A stretch of 64,000 bases of DNA from assembly GCA_040220235.1 (NCBI GenBank), contig JAVJTO010000109.1; one strand, 5' to 3'. The notes below the pieces were generated by a model. That model was given only the letters and a program-made list of their open reading frames with translations. It did not search any database and was not told where the DNA came from. Below, piece by piece: positions 42,438 to 53,113 of the stretch (position 1 is its first letter; each line of letters begins with the position of its first letter). Source of the stretch: Coleofasciculus sp. B1-GNL1-01. GTDB taxonomy: Bacteria; Cyanobacteriota; Cyanobacteriia; Cyanobacteriales; Coleofasciculaceae. The position numbers and the translations under genes were made by a program.

Positions 42438-45400
42438 CTACCTCATCGGCGGCGTCTGGAAACTCATCTGTTCCCCGGACATTGGTACTGACTCCAGCAA
42501 CTGGAGAATGCGCTGTAAGGGAATATCTACCCACTTGGGTCGATTATTGAGTTCATAGCCTAACTCATAAATCGATTTCTCAAACAGATAAGCATCCAAC
42601 AGCACCTGCAACTCCTGAGTTGTTTCGGGAATAAACGAATGACCTGCACTTGTAGCCAGATAGGTTTTCAGGAAGGTATCACTCACCCAGGAATACCAGA
42701 ACCCAGTCCATTGTTCCATCACCGAGAGATTATCCGGGCGGATCATACCACTGTCCATTTCATTGCGTAAGCCCAACGCCACCGCATAGTGGAACGATTG
42801 CAGCATTCCCGCCACATCTCGCAGAGGCGATCGCTTCATCCGCCGTTCACTCAAAGGACGGGCGGGTTCTCCCTCAAAGTCAATGATAATTAAGTCTTTC
42901 CCCGTATATAAGACTTGTCCCAGATGGAAATCCCCATGACAACGAGTCCGCATCGACGTAATTTGCAGATTGAGTAAGGCTTTAAAGCGTCCTAAAATCT
43001 GCTCTTGGCGGTTGAGAATGGTTTGGGCTAAGGGCTGAGTTTCCTCCGGTAATACCTCGATCCGCTTTTTCAGTAGCAGTAACACCTGACCCGTCAGGTT
43101 CCGCATATACTGATACACAGACCGTTGATAGAACGAGGTAAACGGTTCCGGGGCAAAGTTAGGATTCTCCGTATCCGAGGACAAAGCAATATGCAATTGA
43201 GCCGTTCGCTTTGCCAACAGTTGCGTCGTATCCAAATAGGGAACAATCAGATCGTAGCCAAAGGGCGGATCAGTTCTATCCAGCGACTCGACAGCCGAAG
43301 GTAAGAGGAGTTCCCTCTCCTGTAAATCTGATCCGGGCAATACCATCACTTGCTCAAAATAGCCGCGCAGGGAATCTAAGGTATACGACCAAGCATTGGT
43401 GGTATTGGGAACAAAGGCTTGCAAAGCGCCGATGGTAATCGTATCTGAGTTGGAAACGCGATACTCTAGCGCCCCCGCCACGGGAACAAAATGTTCGGTA
43501 ACTTTTTTCTCGGTGAGGAAACGCCCAATTTCTAAGTCTGGGTTAATTCCTTCCTCAATCTTGCGGAACAGCTTTAAGATAAAGCGATCGCCATACACGA
43601 TTGACGTATTACTTTGTTCGCCTCGAAGCAGATGCGGCTCCAGATGAGTCGCCTCCTGCATCAGTTCAGCTAGGGCGTCTGTTGCTGTAGCCACTAAGGT
43701 TCCCACCTTTCCTTTATAGCGATGCTTGTGACGAACGGCATCTAAGGGGAAGGCTAAAAAGTCCGGTTCAGCTACCGCATCGAATAATAAGCCCACCTCT
43801 TCATGTCCCTCAACCTGGAGATAGGCAATGACCTGATGAGCCTGAATGTTTGACCCATCGCCACCCAGTTCCGTTCCTGGCGCGTAAGCTAAGGGCAGAA
43901 TGTAGGTTTCTGGGATACCCTCGGTGTATTCGAGTTTGAGAAAAATTAACTCCGCCTCGGTTTCTTTATAGGAGATGGGAATTGCTTCCACAATCTCTGC
44001 CGATTGTACCGTCCTTGCCTTACCCCCAAACCAGCGACAAGTATAGAGGTAATTGGGCAAAATCGACTCCAAGGTAGTCTTTAAAATCGGTTGAGAAAAC
44101 ACCGTTTGCCATTTGCCACTCACCCTCAGTGTTGGGGGTTGAACTTGGGAACTGGGAGTTTCCGCTAGAGTGTCTTGCAACTGGAGAGTAAACCAGTAGA
44201 AGCTATGCGGACCCAAGCTGAGGAAATAGGAGGAAGAACCAATCGCTGGGAATGGGGTACGTCCAAAAATCTCCACCGGCACCATTCCTTGGAATGCCGA
44301 GAGATCCAACTCCACCGTTTGCACAAATCGCGACAAGTTGGCAACCACTAAAATATGTTCCCCAGCATAGGTGCGGGTAAATGCCAAAACCTTACGGTTA
44401 TCGGGATGGAGAAACTCAAACGTCCCTCGCCCAAAAGCTTGGAAACGCTGGCGGGTAGCAATTAACCGCTTCATCCACCACCACAGGGAATTGGGATTCC
44501 CCTGCTGCGCTTCTACATTAATCGCTTCATAATGATATTCTGGGTCAACAATCGGCGGGGCGTAAAGTCGTTGCGGATTCGTGCGCGAGAAGCCAGCATT
44601 GCGATCCGCACTCCATTGCATCGGTGTGCGTACCCCATTGCGATCGCCTAGATAAATATTATCGCCCATACCAATCTCATCACCGTAGTACAAGACTGGC
44701 GTACCCGGAAGCGATAACAGCAACCCATTCATCAACTCAATTTGGTCGCGATTATTCCCCATCAGGGGGGCGAGGCGGCGACGAATCCCTAAATTGAGCC
44801 GTGCCTGCGGGTCTTCTGCATACATTTTATACATGTAGTCCCGGTCTTCATCGCTGACCATTTCCAGAGTCAGTTCGTCGTGATTCCGCAGGAACAATGC
44901 CCACTGACAGTTATTGGGAATTTGCGGCGTCTGGTTGAGAATATCAATGATGGGGAAATTATCCTCCATCTTCAATGACATAAACAGGCGCGGCATTAGG
45001 GGAAAATGGAAATTCATGTGACACTCATCCCCCTGCCCATAATACTCCGCCGCATCTTCGGGCCACTGATTCGCCTCAGCCAACAGCATCCGATTGGGGA
45101 ACTTGGCATCAACATGGGCGCGTAACTGTTTCAAGAACGCATGGGTAGCGGGTAAATTCTCACAGTTTGTGTCTTCTTGTTCATACAGATACGGCACCGC
45201 GTCCATCCGCAGTCCATCCACCCCCATGCCTAACCATAAATCCACAACCTCTAAAACCGCTTTACCGACTTCCGGATTTTCGTAATTGAGGTCAGGTTGA
45301 TGGGAATAGAAGCGATGCCAGTAATAGGCTTTCGCTACCGGGTCCCACGCCCAGTTAGAATGTTCAAAATCCTGGAAAATAATCCGGGCATCTTTATATT

Positions 45401-45860
45401 TTTCTGGGTTATCACTCCAGACATAAAAATCCCGTTCACTGCTGCCTTTTGGGGCTTTGCGAGCGCGTTGAAACCAAGGGTGTTGGTCAGATGTATGGTT
45501 AACGATTAACTCAACAATTACCCGAATTCCCCGTTGATGGGCAGCATCTAAGAGCATTTGAAAGTCTTCGATTGTGCCAAAAATGGGATTAATTTTTTTA
45601 TACTCGGCTATATCGTAACCATCATCTTTAAGCGGAGAGGGGAAAAAGGGTAATGTCCAGATTGCAGTGACCCCTAAATCCCGTAAATAATCGAGCTTCG
45701 ATGTCAATCCGCGCAAGTCACCAACTCCATCGCCATTGCTATCTGCAAAGGCACGAATCGGCACTTCATAGATGATGGCATCTTTAAACCATAACGGATC
45801 ATCTTTCAAGATTGAGTTAAGCATTGGTTCTTTGGTAGTTCTCCCTGGTTGATTCGTCAT
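42438..45860 (-). CDS. treS: Trehalose synthase TreS fused to maltokinase (Mak/Pep2)
   Basis: GH13 TreS motifs NHTSDQHPWF, MDAVPYL, EANQWPED, FLRNHDELTLE; kinase part EQSNTS, RCHGDFHLGQVL, IIDFEGEP. Confidence 0.95.
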   Translation of the reverse strand: MTNQPGRTTKEPMLNSILKDDPLWFKDAIIYEVPIRAFADSNGDGVGDLRGLTSKLDYLRDLGVTAIWTLPFFPSPLKDDGYDIAEYKKINPIFGTIEDFQMLLDAAHQRGIRVIVELIVNHTSDQHPWFQRARKAPKGSSERDFYVWSDNPEKYKDARIIFQDFEHSNWAWDPVAKAYYWHRFYSHQPDLNYENPEVGKAVLEVVDLWLGMGVDGLRMDAVPYLYEQEDTNCENLPATHAFLKQLRAHVDAKFPNRMLLAEANQWPEDAAEYYGQGDECHMNFHFPLMPRLFMSLKMEDNFPIIDILNQTPQIPNNCQWALFLRNHDELTLEMVSDEDRDYMYKMYAEDPQARLNLGIRRRLAPLMGNNRDQIELMNGLLLSLPGTPVLYYGDEIGMGDNIYLGDRNGVRTPMQWSADRNAGFSRTNPQRLYAPPIVDPEYHYEAINVEAQQGNPNSLWWWMKRLIATRQRFQAFGRGTFEFLHPDNRKVLAFTRTYAGEHILVVANLSRFVQTVELDLSAFQGMVPVEIFGRTPFPAIGSSSYFLSLGPHSFYWFTLQLQDTLAETPSSQVQPPTLRVSGKWQTVFSQPILKTTLESILPNYLYTCRWFGGKARTVQSAEIVEAIPISYKETEAELIFLKLEYTEGIPETYILPLAYAPGTELGGDGSNIQAHQVIAYLQVEGHEEVGLLFDAVAEPDFLAFPLDAVRHKHRYKGKVGTLVATATDALAELMQEATHLEPHLLRGEQSNTSIVYGDRFILKLFRKIEEGINPDLEIGRFLTEKKVTEHFVPVAGALEYRVSNSDTITIGALQAFVPNTTNAWSYTLDSLRGYFEQVMVLPGSDLQERELLLPSAVESLDRTDPPFGYDLIVPYLDTTQLLAKRTAQLHIALSSDTENPNFAPEPFTSFYQRSVYQYMRNLTGQVLLLLKKRIEVLPEETQPLAQTILNRQEQILGRFKALLNLQITSMRTRCHGDFHLGQVLYTGKDLIIIDFEGEPARPLSERRMKRSPLRDVAGMLQSFHYAVALGLRNEMDSGMIRPDNLSVMEQWTGFWYSWVSDTFLKTYLATSAGHSFIPETTQELQVLLDAYLFEKSIYELGYELNNRPKWVDIPLQRILQLLESVPMSGEQMSFQTPPMR

Positions 45861-45905
45861 TGGTCATTGGTCATTGGTCATTGGTCATTGGTCATTGGTC
45901 ATTTG
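45858..45905. repeat. STRR-type heptamer tandem repeats (also ~5769-5803, 7560-7594, 17730-17772, 23484-23540, 29876-29908, 42121-42152)
   Basis: (CATTGGT)n, (TGACAAA)n and (GGCAATA)n runs. Confidence 0.9.
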
Positions 45906-46002
45906 TTGCAGATGACTTGTACTCTAGAGGGGCGGGTTTAGAGATATCCGGGTGAAAACCAAACGTTAGTGGTAAAACCCGCCCCTACAACTGTCATAAT
46001 TC

Positions 46003-46070
46003 TCCCCCAGCTCTCCCAGCTTCCTCATCTTCCCCAGCTTCCCCAGCTTCCCCAGCTTCCCCATCTCCCC
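46003..46070. repeat. 9-mer tandem repeats CCCCAGCT(T/C) (also ~5565, 8176-8198, 20808-20850, 23565-23592, 35165-35203)
   Basis: Degenerate 9-bp periodicity next to gene ends. Confidence 0.85.
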
Positions 46071-46091
46071 CGTTCCCTGTTCCCTCTTAAC

Positions 46092-48053
46092 CTATTGCCT
46101 TACCCAGAAAACATGGGCTGGAATACCTTGAGGATTGAGTTCTACATAGTTATGTCCGCCAAACCAGGTGTAGTGGGTATCACTGAGTAGATCATGGAGA
46201 TAATATTCCCGATAGGGGTCAATTCCTAAGGATTCTAAGGGCAAATCAATGAAGCCTGCTTGCATCCACTGAGGGTCAAAACTGACCACCATTAGCATCA
46301 CATCCTTGCAATCATCAGTCTGTTTGCTGTAACAAATAATATGGTGATTATCCGTGTGATGAAACCGCAAACTGCCGTTACTTTGCAACGCGGGATGTTC
46401 CCGACGGGCGAAATTGACCCGGGCAATCAAGTCTTTGATTGTATAAGGACTATCTAAATCCCATTCCCGAATCTGATATTTCTCTGAGTGTAAATACTCT
46501 TCACTACCAGGTTTTAGCGCCCGATTTTCGCAGACTTCAAACGCAGGTCCATAAATCCCATAGTTTGCCGTTAAAGTTGCTGCCAGCACTAAGCGAATAA
46601 TACAGGCAGGGCGTCCCCCATGCTGAATAAACTCATGCAAAATATCGGGGGTATTGGGCCAAAAATTAGGGCGAAAGATGTCATAAGCCGGGGTTTGGGT
46701 GAGTTCGGTGAGATATTGAGTCATTTCCCACTTACTATTACGCCAAGTGAAATAGGTGTAGGATTGGGTAAATCCTAACTTGGCGAGGCGATACATCACT
46801 TTGGGACGGGTAAAGGATTCCGAGAGGTAAATTAAATCGGGATAGGTTTGTCTCAAATCCGCAATTACCCATTCCCAAAAATCGAATGCCTTGGTATGGG
46901 GGTTATCGACTCGGAAAATCCGCACGCCTTTTTCAATCCAAAAAAGCATGACACTCCGCAGTTCTTGCCACAGATTTTGCCAGTCTGGGGTTTCAAAGTC
47001 AATCGGATAAATATCCTGATATTTTTTCGGCGGATTCTCGGCGTATTGAATCGTCCCATCCGGGCGACTACGGAACCATTGGGGATGTTCTTTAACGTAG
47101 GGGTGATCTGGAGAACATTGGAAGGCTAAGTCTAAGGCAATTTCAATCCCATGATCTTTGGCTTTGGTGACAAACTCCTCAAAGTCAGCCATGGTTCCTA
47201 ATTGAGGATGAACCGCCTTGTGTCCGCCTTCGGCTGCACCAATGCCCCAGGGTACACCTACATCGTCAGGTTGGGCGACATTAGTGTTATTTTTGCCTTT
47301 GCGAAATTGCTTACCAATGGGATGAATCGGGGGTAAATACAGCACATCAAATCCCATACTGGCAATATAGGGTAAGCGGGCTTGGGCATCTTTGAATGTG
47401 CCATGTTTGCCCGGTTCACCACAGGAACGGGGAAACATTTCGTACCAGGTGCTAAACCTTGCCCGTTCTCGGTCTACGGTAATTCTCAGTTCTTTGTGGT
47501 ACGTGCTGGCAAATTTGCGGTCTGGGTATTTTGCCATTAGTTGCGCCAGTTCTGGGGAAATGGCTTTATCCCCTACAATTGGTTGGGCGACATCTTGCGA
47601 TCGCAGTGTCGAGACCCAGGTTTTTAACTGTGCCGCATCATCCCCACTGGCACGTTTCACCGCGTCTTCGACTAAGTTTGCCCCAATCAGCAAGTCAACT
47701 GACACATCCTGTTCAGCTGCCAGTTTTTTGGTCATGTCCCGTTGCCAGGATTTAAAGTGGTCAGCCCAGCCCATAATGGTATAGACATAATCCCCCATCT
47801 CTGATACAGTGAACTCTCCCTGCCAGCGATCGTTAACGGTTGGCGATAAGGGAACCTCAAACCAGGTTTGAGACGTTTGGGGACGGTACAAAATGACACC
47901 CGATACGGCATCATGACTGTCACAGAACATATCCACTTCCACATGGACTCGTTCCCCAACCGTCCGTTTGATGGCAAAACGACCCCCATCAATTTGGGGC
48001 AACACACCCTCGATTTGAACTCGTCTCCGACCTTCCTCTGGTAATGGCAGCAT
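46092..48053 (-). CDS. glgE: Alpha-1,4-glucan:maltose-1-phosphate maltosyltransferase
   Basis: WYEMFPRS, YLPPIHPIG, ENPPKKYQDIYP, FRVDNPHTK, YTYFTWRN, NTPDIL. Confidence 0.96.
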   Translation of the reverse strand: MLPLPEEGRRRVQIEGVLPQIDGGRFAIKRTVGERVHVEVDMFCDSHDAVSGVILYRPQTSQTWFEVPLSPTVNDRWQGEFTVSEMGDYVYTIMGWADHFKSWQRDMTKKLAAEQDVSVDLLIGANLVEDAVKRASGDDAAQLKTWVSTLRSQDVAQPIVGDKAISPELAQLMAKYPDRKFASTYHKELRITVDRERARFSTWYEMFPRSCGEPGKHGTFKDAQARLPYIASMGFDVLYLPPIHPIGKQFRKGKNNTNVAQPDDVGVPWGIGAAEGGHKAVHPQLGTMADFEEFVTKAKDHGIEIALDLAFQCSPDHPYVKEHPQWFRSRPDGTIQYAENPPKKYQDIYPIDFETPDWQNLWQELRSVMLFWIEKGVRIFRVDNPHTKAFDFWEWVIADLRQTYPDLIYLSESFTRPKVMYRLAKLGFTQSYTYFTWRNSKWEMTQYLTELTQTPAYDIFRPNFWPNTPDILHEFIQHGGRPACIIRLVLAATLTANYGIYGPAFEVCENRALKPGSEEYLHSEKYQIREWDLDSPYTIKDLIARVNFARREHPALQSNGSLRFHHTDNHHIICYSKQTDDCKDVMLMVVSFDPQWMQAGFIDLPLESLGIDPYREYYLHDLLSDTHYTWFGGHNYVELNPQGIPAHVFWVRQ

Positions 48054-48911
48054 TGATCAACACGTCCTTTAGCTTTTGCTTCTAAAACAGTCGCAGGTGC
48101 CCCTTACTGTCATACCGCTTTATCCTTCAGCCCTTACTCTTGTTCCTTTGACTCTGGCTAAGGAACTGAAGTTGGTGTAACTACCTAACTGTAAAGCGTT
48201 TCAATAAACCTGTCCGACTGCTACATTAGTTAACTTTACGAATTAATGTCAAGATTTCTATGCAAAATGTTAATAAACAGCGTTATACTCAAAAGATTTA
48301 CGGCTATTAGCCTACAGGAAATACCCATTTGATTCATCTGACCTAGGTATGAGCGATCGTTAAGCTCATCCTTGGTGTCCCATGATTCCAAAATAACGGT
48401 AGCATTCCTATGCCAGCCGAACTACGCTGCTGTGTTGTGGGGGCGGCGTCTCATCCATCCGGATCAACTTAAGCCAAAACCGTTGCTAATTCTGGTTTTC
48501 AGCCACTCGTACCGGGTAGCTTTTGATACTTATACCCAGTTGCCGTCTAATATATATAGAACTTTCTTTTTCCCCAATTTCCTCATCTCCCCCTCACCCC
48601 CTCACCCCCTCACCTCTATCTGCTATCTTTGAACGCAACTTGGTATTACCCGTCAAAATTATGCCCCAGCTTCCCCTGCACCCCCTACTTAGAGGCTGTC
48701 GTCAGTCTAACAAATTTACAAAATCTTTAAATTATCGCTTTATAGCTTTAAGATAACTTTATCTATTAAAGTTCAGTTATGAGTAAAATACTAATACAGA
48801 CCTTTTCAGCGGGCGCAAAAATTTTGAACGAATTGTCGTTCTGCTGAACTGACCCCTCAATTGAGTCGAGAAACTGTTCGTGACTTGGCAGCTAGGAACA
48901 GTTCCTCCTTA

Positions 48912-49005
48912 AATCATGTCCGCTCAAATACCCTTGATAAAAATGGCTGAAACTCCTTGCTTTAGGTCATCACAATTATGGGCAATCATCGATCAGGACA
49001 TGATA
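48912..49005. mobile_element. MITE-like element, family C
   Basis: Terminal inverted repeats atcatgtcc ... ggacatgat about 95 bp apart in intergenic DNA; single copy in this window. Confidence 0.45.
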
Positions 49006-49103
49006 TAAGTCCGACTTACTGCTAGTGAAACCTAGGTTTTGCATAAGTTAGCTAAGCGATAAATTTGGCTGCCCATAATTGATTAACAATCAGGGAATAA
49101 TTC

Positions 49104-49991
49104 ATGAAAAAGGAACTGAGACTGGTTCAGCACATATTGTTCTTCGCTACACCTCTAGTCACGAGTTCAGTTATAGCGGTTTCACCAACTCTGGCAGCGA
49201 CCTTTGCCTCGGCGGAAGCCAACGTATTGCTAAGCAACTTTAATCAAAGCCCAGATTTATCTACGGTTTCAGCTCAAACGAATACGATGGCAATGACACC
49301 CGTCAATGTCATCTCAGATTCAGATGAGGGTGAAAATGCCCGTTCCGCATCGGCAGGGGACTCAGCAACGGCTATCGCCGAAGCCGATTCACTCTTTTTT
49401 ACGAACCCTCCAGCCTTTGCCGCTAACACAACCTTGAGTGAGGCTTTTGGCGATGCCGAAAACTTTTTCGGGTTTGCCCAAAGTGAAGCGTCGGTAACGG
49501 GTGGATTTTTGATTAATCCAGCCCCAAATTCGACGGAAACATTTTCTTTTGATTTGACGGCTTTCTCTACCCTAATCACTTCAGGAGAAGAGAGTAAGGC
49601 GAAAGCTGATATATCCATAGTAATTTTAGGGGGAACTGATCCTAATCCGGTGAATCAAACGGTTTTTGATTTCTTCTCTGTGTCCGGAGAGTTAAACACC
49701 CTAGGACAGGATGACATATTCTCGGTTGAAGTCAGCGACAACTTTACCTTAAATACCTTCTTGCCATCGGGAGACTTTGGTGTAGACTTAGAAGAAGAAT
49801 TGGCGGATGTCTTGGCGATCGGCTCCTATCATCGTCAGTTTGATCGCCCAACTTATCTAACGTTCATAGAAACTAAAGAAACCAAGGCAACAGTTAAAGA
49901 CTCTGCACAAGTACCTGAGCCGATTAGCACTCTAGGTTTATTGGTTTTTAGTGGCTTAGTCGGTTTGAACTCTAGACGTAGAATTTCTTAG
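49104..49991 (+). CDS. PEP-CTERM sorting-domain surface protein, paralog 1
   Basis: Signal peptide; C-terminal VPEP + hydrophobic helix + RRR. Confidence 0.88.
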   Translation: MKKELRLVQHILFFATPLVTSSVIAVSPTLAATFASAEANVLLSNFNQSPDLSTVSAQTNTMAMTPVNVISDSDEGENARSASAGDSATAIAEADSLFFTNPPAFAANTTLSEAFGDAENFFGFAQSEASVTGGFLINPAPNSTETFSFDLTAFSTLITSGEESKAKADISIVILGGTDPNPVNQTVFDFFSVSGELNTLGQDDIFSVEVSDNFTLNTFLPSGDFGVDLEEELADVLAIGSYHRQFDRPTYLTFIETKETKATVKDSAQVPEPISTLGLLVFSGLVGLNSRRRIS

Positions 49992-50032
49992 GAATAGATT
50001 TTCCTAAACCATTTTGATGACACATTATTCCT

Positions 50033-50063
50033 TAAGTAATCCCTTGAATTGAGGGATTACTTA
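50033..50063 (+). terminator. Hairpin terminator after PEP-CTERM gene 1
   Basis: taagtaatccct / agggattactta stem followed by a T-rich tract. Confidence 0.65.
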
Positions 50064-50536
50064 TGCTTTTTAATCCTGGATTAAGTCTAAATAATTGATA
50101 GACTTTAATCTGATACCATTTCTCTTTAATCGTGCAATGAATACACCCCCACCCCCCTGTCGTCCCCCTGAGCAAGAGCTACTAGCGTGGCACACCTAAA
50201 TTGATAAGTAGGTGGATTTTCATAAAAGTTAACGGTTGAGATTAGGGAATTCACCAATTCATAAACCCTTTAAAAAAAGATTTTTATTTTCAAACTAACT
50301 TCACCCATTCAATTTATATTAGGGATAGGATACAACTATAAAGCGTTGGAAGTTACGAGAATTACAATTTACTGATACTCGGCTGTATGTAACTACCATT
50401 TAATTCTCTCAACTGTTATTAACTATTATAAATAACAGTTAAATTCAGTCTGATTTACTTGCCAACACATCGATATTTATAACCGCTATGTCGAGCGTGA
50501 GATTGTGCTGTCCCTATTGATGATAAGGAGAAAATC

Positions 50537-51439
50537 ATGAAACAAGAACTGAGACTTGCTCAAAGTGTATTGTCCTTTGCTGCACCATTAGTAACCAGTT
50601 CGGTATTGCTAGTTTCACCAAGTCTGGCGGCAACGTTTGCTTCGGCTGAGGCTAATGTATTTCTAGAAAACTTTAGTCAAAGCCCAGATTATTCTACAGT
50701 TTCAGCGAAGACGAATACGGTGACAATGACACCAGTCAGTTCAGTCTTAGATGCAGATGAGGGTGAAAATGCCAGTTCCGCATCGACAGGGGACTCAGTA
50801 ACGGCTATCGCCCAAGCCGATTCACTGTTTTTCACAAACCCTCCAGCTTTTGCTACGAACACAACCGTGAGTAACGCTTTTGGTGATCAAGAAAATTTCT
50901 TCGGATTTGCCAAAAGTGAAGCATCAGTAATTGGAGGATTTTTGCTTAATCCAGCCCCGAATTCGACGGAATCATTTTCTTTCGATTTTACGGCTTTCTT
51001 TAACCTGGCAACGTCAGGGGAAAAGAGTACGGCGGCGGTGGATATATCGTTAGTGGTGTTAGGAGGAACTGACCCTAATCCAGCGAATCAAACAGTCTTT
51101 GACTTCTTCTCAGTCTCTGGAGAATTAAACTCCTTAGGAGAGGATGACTTATTCTCAGTTGACGCTAGCGACAACTTCACCTTAAATACATTCCTACCCT
51201 CTGGAGACTTTGGTGTTGACATAGAGGAAGAGTCGGCGGATCTCTTGGCAATGGGTTCCTATCAACGTCAGTTTGATCGCCCGACTTATCTAACGTTCGT
51301 AGAAACCAAAGAAACCAAAGCAACAGTTCAAGCACCTGAGCCTGCTAGCACTCTCGCGTTAGTAATATTTGGTGGCTGGCTCAGTCTAGCTGGTAGATCT
51401 ATCAGCATGGGTTGTCGATCAAAAAGGAGAATCTTGTAG
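50537..51439 (+). CDS. PEP-CTERM sorting-domain surface protein, paralog 2
   Basis: Aligns end to end with 49104-49991; APEP + TM + basic tail. Confidence 0.88.
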   Translation: MKQELRLAQSVLSFAAPLVTSSVLLVSPSLAATFASAEANVFLENFSQSPDYSTVSAKTNTVTMTPVSSVLDADEGENASSASTGDSVTAIAQADSLFFTNPPAFATNTTVSNAFGDQENFFGFAKSEASVIGGFLLNPAPNSTESFSFDFTAFFNLATSGEKSTAAVDISLVVLGGTDPNPANQTVFDFFSVSGELNSLGEDDLFSVDASDNFTLNTFLPSGDFGVDIEEESADLLAMGSYQRQFDRPTYLTFVETKETKATVQAPEPASTLALVIFGGWLSLAGRSISMGCRSKRRIL

Positions 51440-51603
51440 TCACAGGTATAAGCAGATTATTGTCTGATTTATAGCCAATAATTGATATCTGATCAATCGC
51501 CTGAATTTAGGAGGTTGATCAGGTTATTTTGTTGATTAAAATAAAATATTAAAAATAGTAAAAAAAGATGCCTACGACTAGATAATATGCTAGTTAAACA
51601 GGA

Positions 51604-51618
51604 CTGCCAAAATGGCAG
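51604..51618. promoter_or_regulatory. Palindromic candidate operator CTGCCA-WWW-TGGCAG (also 56019-56033 and 56409-56423)
   Basis: Three copies with identical 6-bp arms, all intergenic within the export locus. Confidence 0.6.
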
Positions 51619-51711
51619 CTTTATTTTTCAAGATGCTCCATTTTACTGCTTATTTTATCTACACTATTGACAGAAATCAATTACAAATCCAATAAATGGA
51701 GAGTTAAACCA

Positions 51712-52905
51712 ATGGTATTTCTCAACTTAACCAGCAACAATGATATCGTCAATCTAACCACTAATCCTGCTGCAACAAATAGTAATGATGTAATCTATGG
51801 TCGTCGTGGCGATGACCTGGTTTTGGCAGCAGATGGTGATGACTTTATCAAGGGCGATCAAGGCAATGATACTTTAGTCGGGGGGAACGGTAGTGACAAG
51901 TTGTATGGAGGTAGCGAAAATGACCTGCTTTTTGGCGAAGATGGCGATGACTTCATCAGAGGTGATCAGGGAAATGACACATTATTAGGAGGATTTGGTA
52001 ACGACAAGCTGTTTGGAGGCAGCGAAAATGACTTGCTCTTTGCACATGATGGGGATGACTTACTCGATGGAGGTAGTGGTGACGATATCCTCAACGGCGG
52101 AGCTGGCAATGACCGACTGTTAGGGGGTATTGGTCAGGGTAACGGTACACTCACGTACGATTACAATGGCACGACCTTGACAGGTATTAATGATATCCTG
52201 AATGGGGAGAGCGGCGATGATACACTACTGGGCGGTAGTGGCAATGATGTCCTCAAGGGTGGAGATGACGACGACACAGCTCTTGCTAGCTTCGGCGATG
52301 ACTTACTCCTTGGAGAAAGCGGTGATGATGACCTGCGAGGCGACGCTGGTCAGGATACGTTAGAGGGGGGTGCAGGTGCTGATAACCTCCTTGGAGGTGA
52401 AGGCGATGATTGGCTTTTTGCTGGTTTATCCAGTAATCCTTTTGCCACTACTGATAGTGATACTCTTAGTGGCGGTCTTGGCAATGATTTTTTATTTGGG
52501 GATCAAGGCAATAATATCCTTGTCGGAGGTAGTGGCAATGATATTCTCACAGGATTTACTGGTAATGACATACTCAACGGTACTGGGGGGACAGGAGACT
52601 TTGAAATTGATAGCTTAAGAGGCGATGCCAGTGGTGTTGCTCCTGGAGCCGATATGTTTATTCTGGGAGATATTAATAACGTCTTCTACGACGCGGCTGG
52701 CGGTGGCGACTTTGCCTTGATCAGGGATTTCCAGAATGGTTTAGATAAGCTTCAGGTCAAAGGAGGAACAGGACAAAGTTATCATCTAGATCCCATAACC
52801 GTAGATGATGTTACAAGTACACTTGTCATTTCTAACGGTACTGAACTCATTGCTGTTTTGGAAGGAGTCGCATCTGTTACAGCCAATCCTTTTATTTTCG
52901 TCTAA
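51712..52905 (+). CDS. RTX / hemolysin-type calcium-binding protein
   Basis: Many GGxGxDxLx nonapeptides, no Sec signal, C-terminal GDFALIRDFQNGLDKLQV; GGAG RBS before ATG 51712. Confidence 0.92.
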   Translation: MVFLNLTSNNDIVNLTTNPAATNSNDVIYGRRGDDLVLAADGDDFIKGDQGNDTLVGGNGSDKLYGGSENDLLFGEDGDDFIRGDQGNDTLLGGFGNDKLFGGSENDLLFAHDGDDLLDGGSGDDILNGGAGNDRLLGGIGQGNGTLTYDYNGTTLTGINDILNGESGDDTLLGGSGNDVLKGGDDDDTALASFGDDLLLGESGDDDLRGDAGQDTLEGGAGADNLLGGEGDDWLFAGLSSNPFATTDSDTLSGGLGNDFLFGDQGNNILVGGSGNDILTGFTGNDILNGTGGTGDFEIDSLRGDASGVAPGADMFILGDINNVFYDAAGGGDFALIRDFQNGLDKLQVKGGTGQSYHLDPITVDDVTSTLVISNGTELIAVLEGVASVTANPFIFV

Positions 52906-53113
52906 CGGAATGTCAAAAACCCTACTCATAATTTTTAGATGTGGGTAGGGTTTATACCTACAGTCCACCACCACTCCGAAAACCTGGAGAAGAATAAATT
53001 TACCTGATTATTGCTCTTACTAAAAAACAGAAAATTTTTCTGTGTTTCCTCTTGTCCAATGTTAATTAAGCATAATAAATACAGGAGAGCTAAAAAGACT
53101 ACTAGCAACATTT

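Noticed and set aside
45969..46190. ORF with PQLPQL repeats (similar cases at 23402-23731)
   Set aside because: Translation of 9-mer and 7-mer intergenic DNA repeats.
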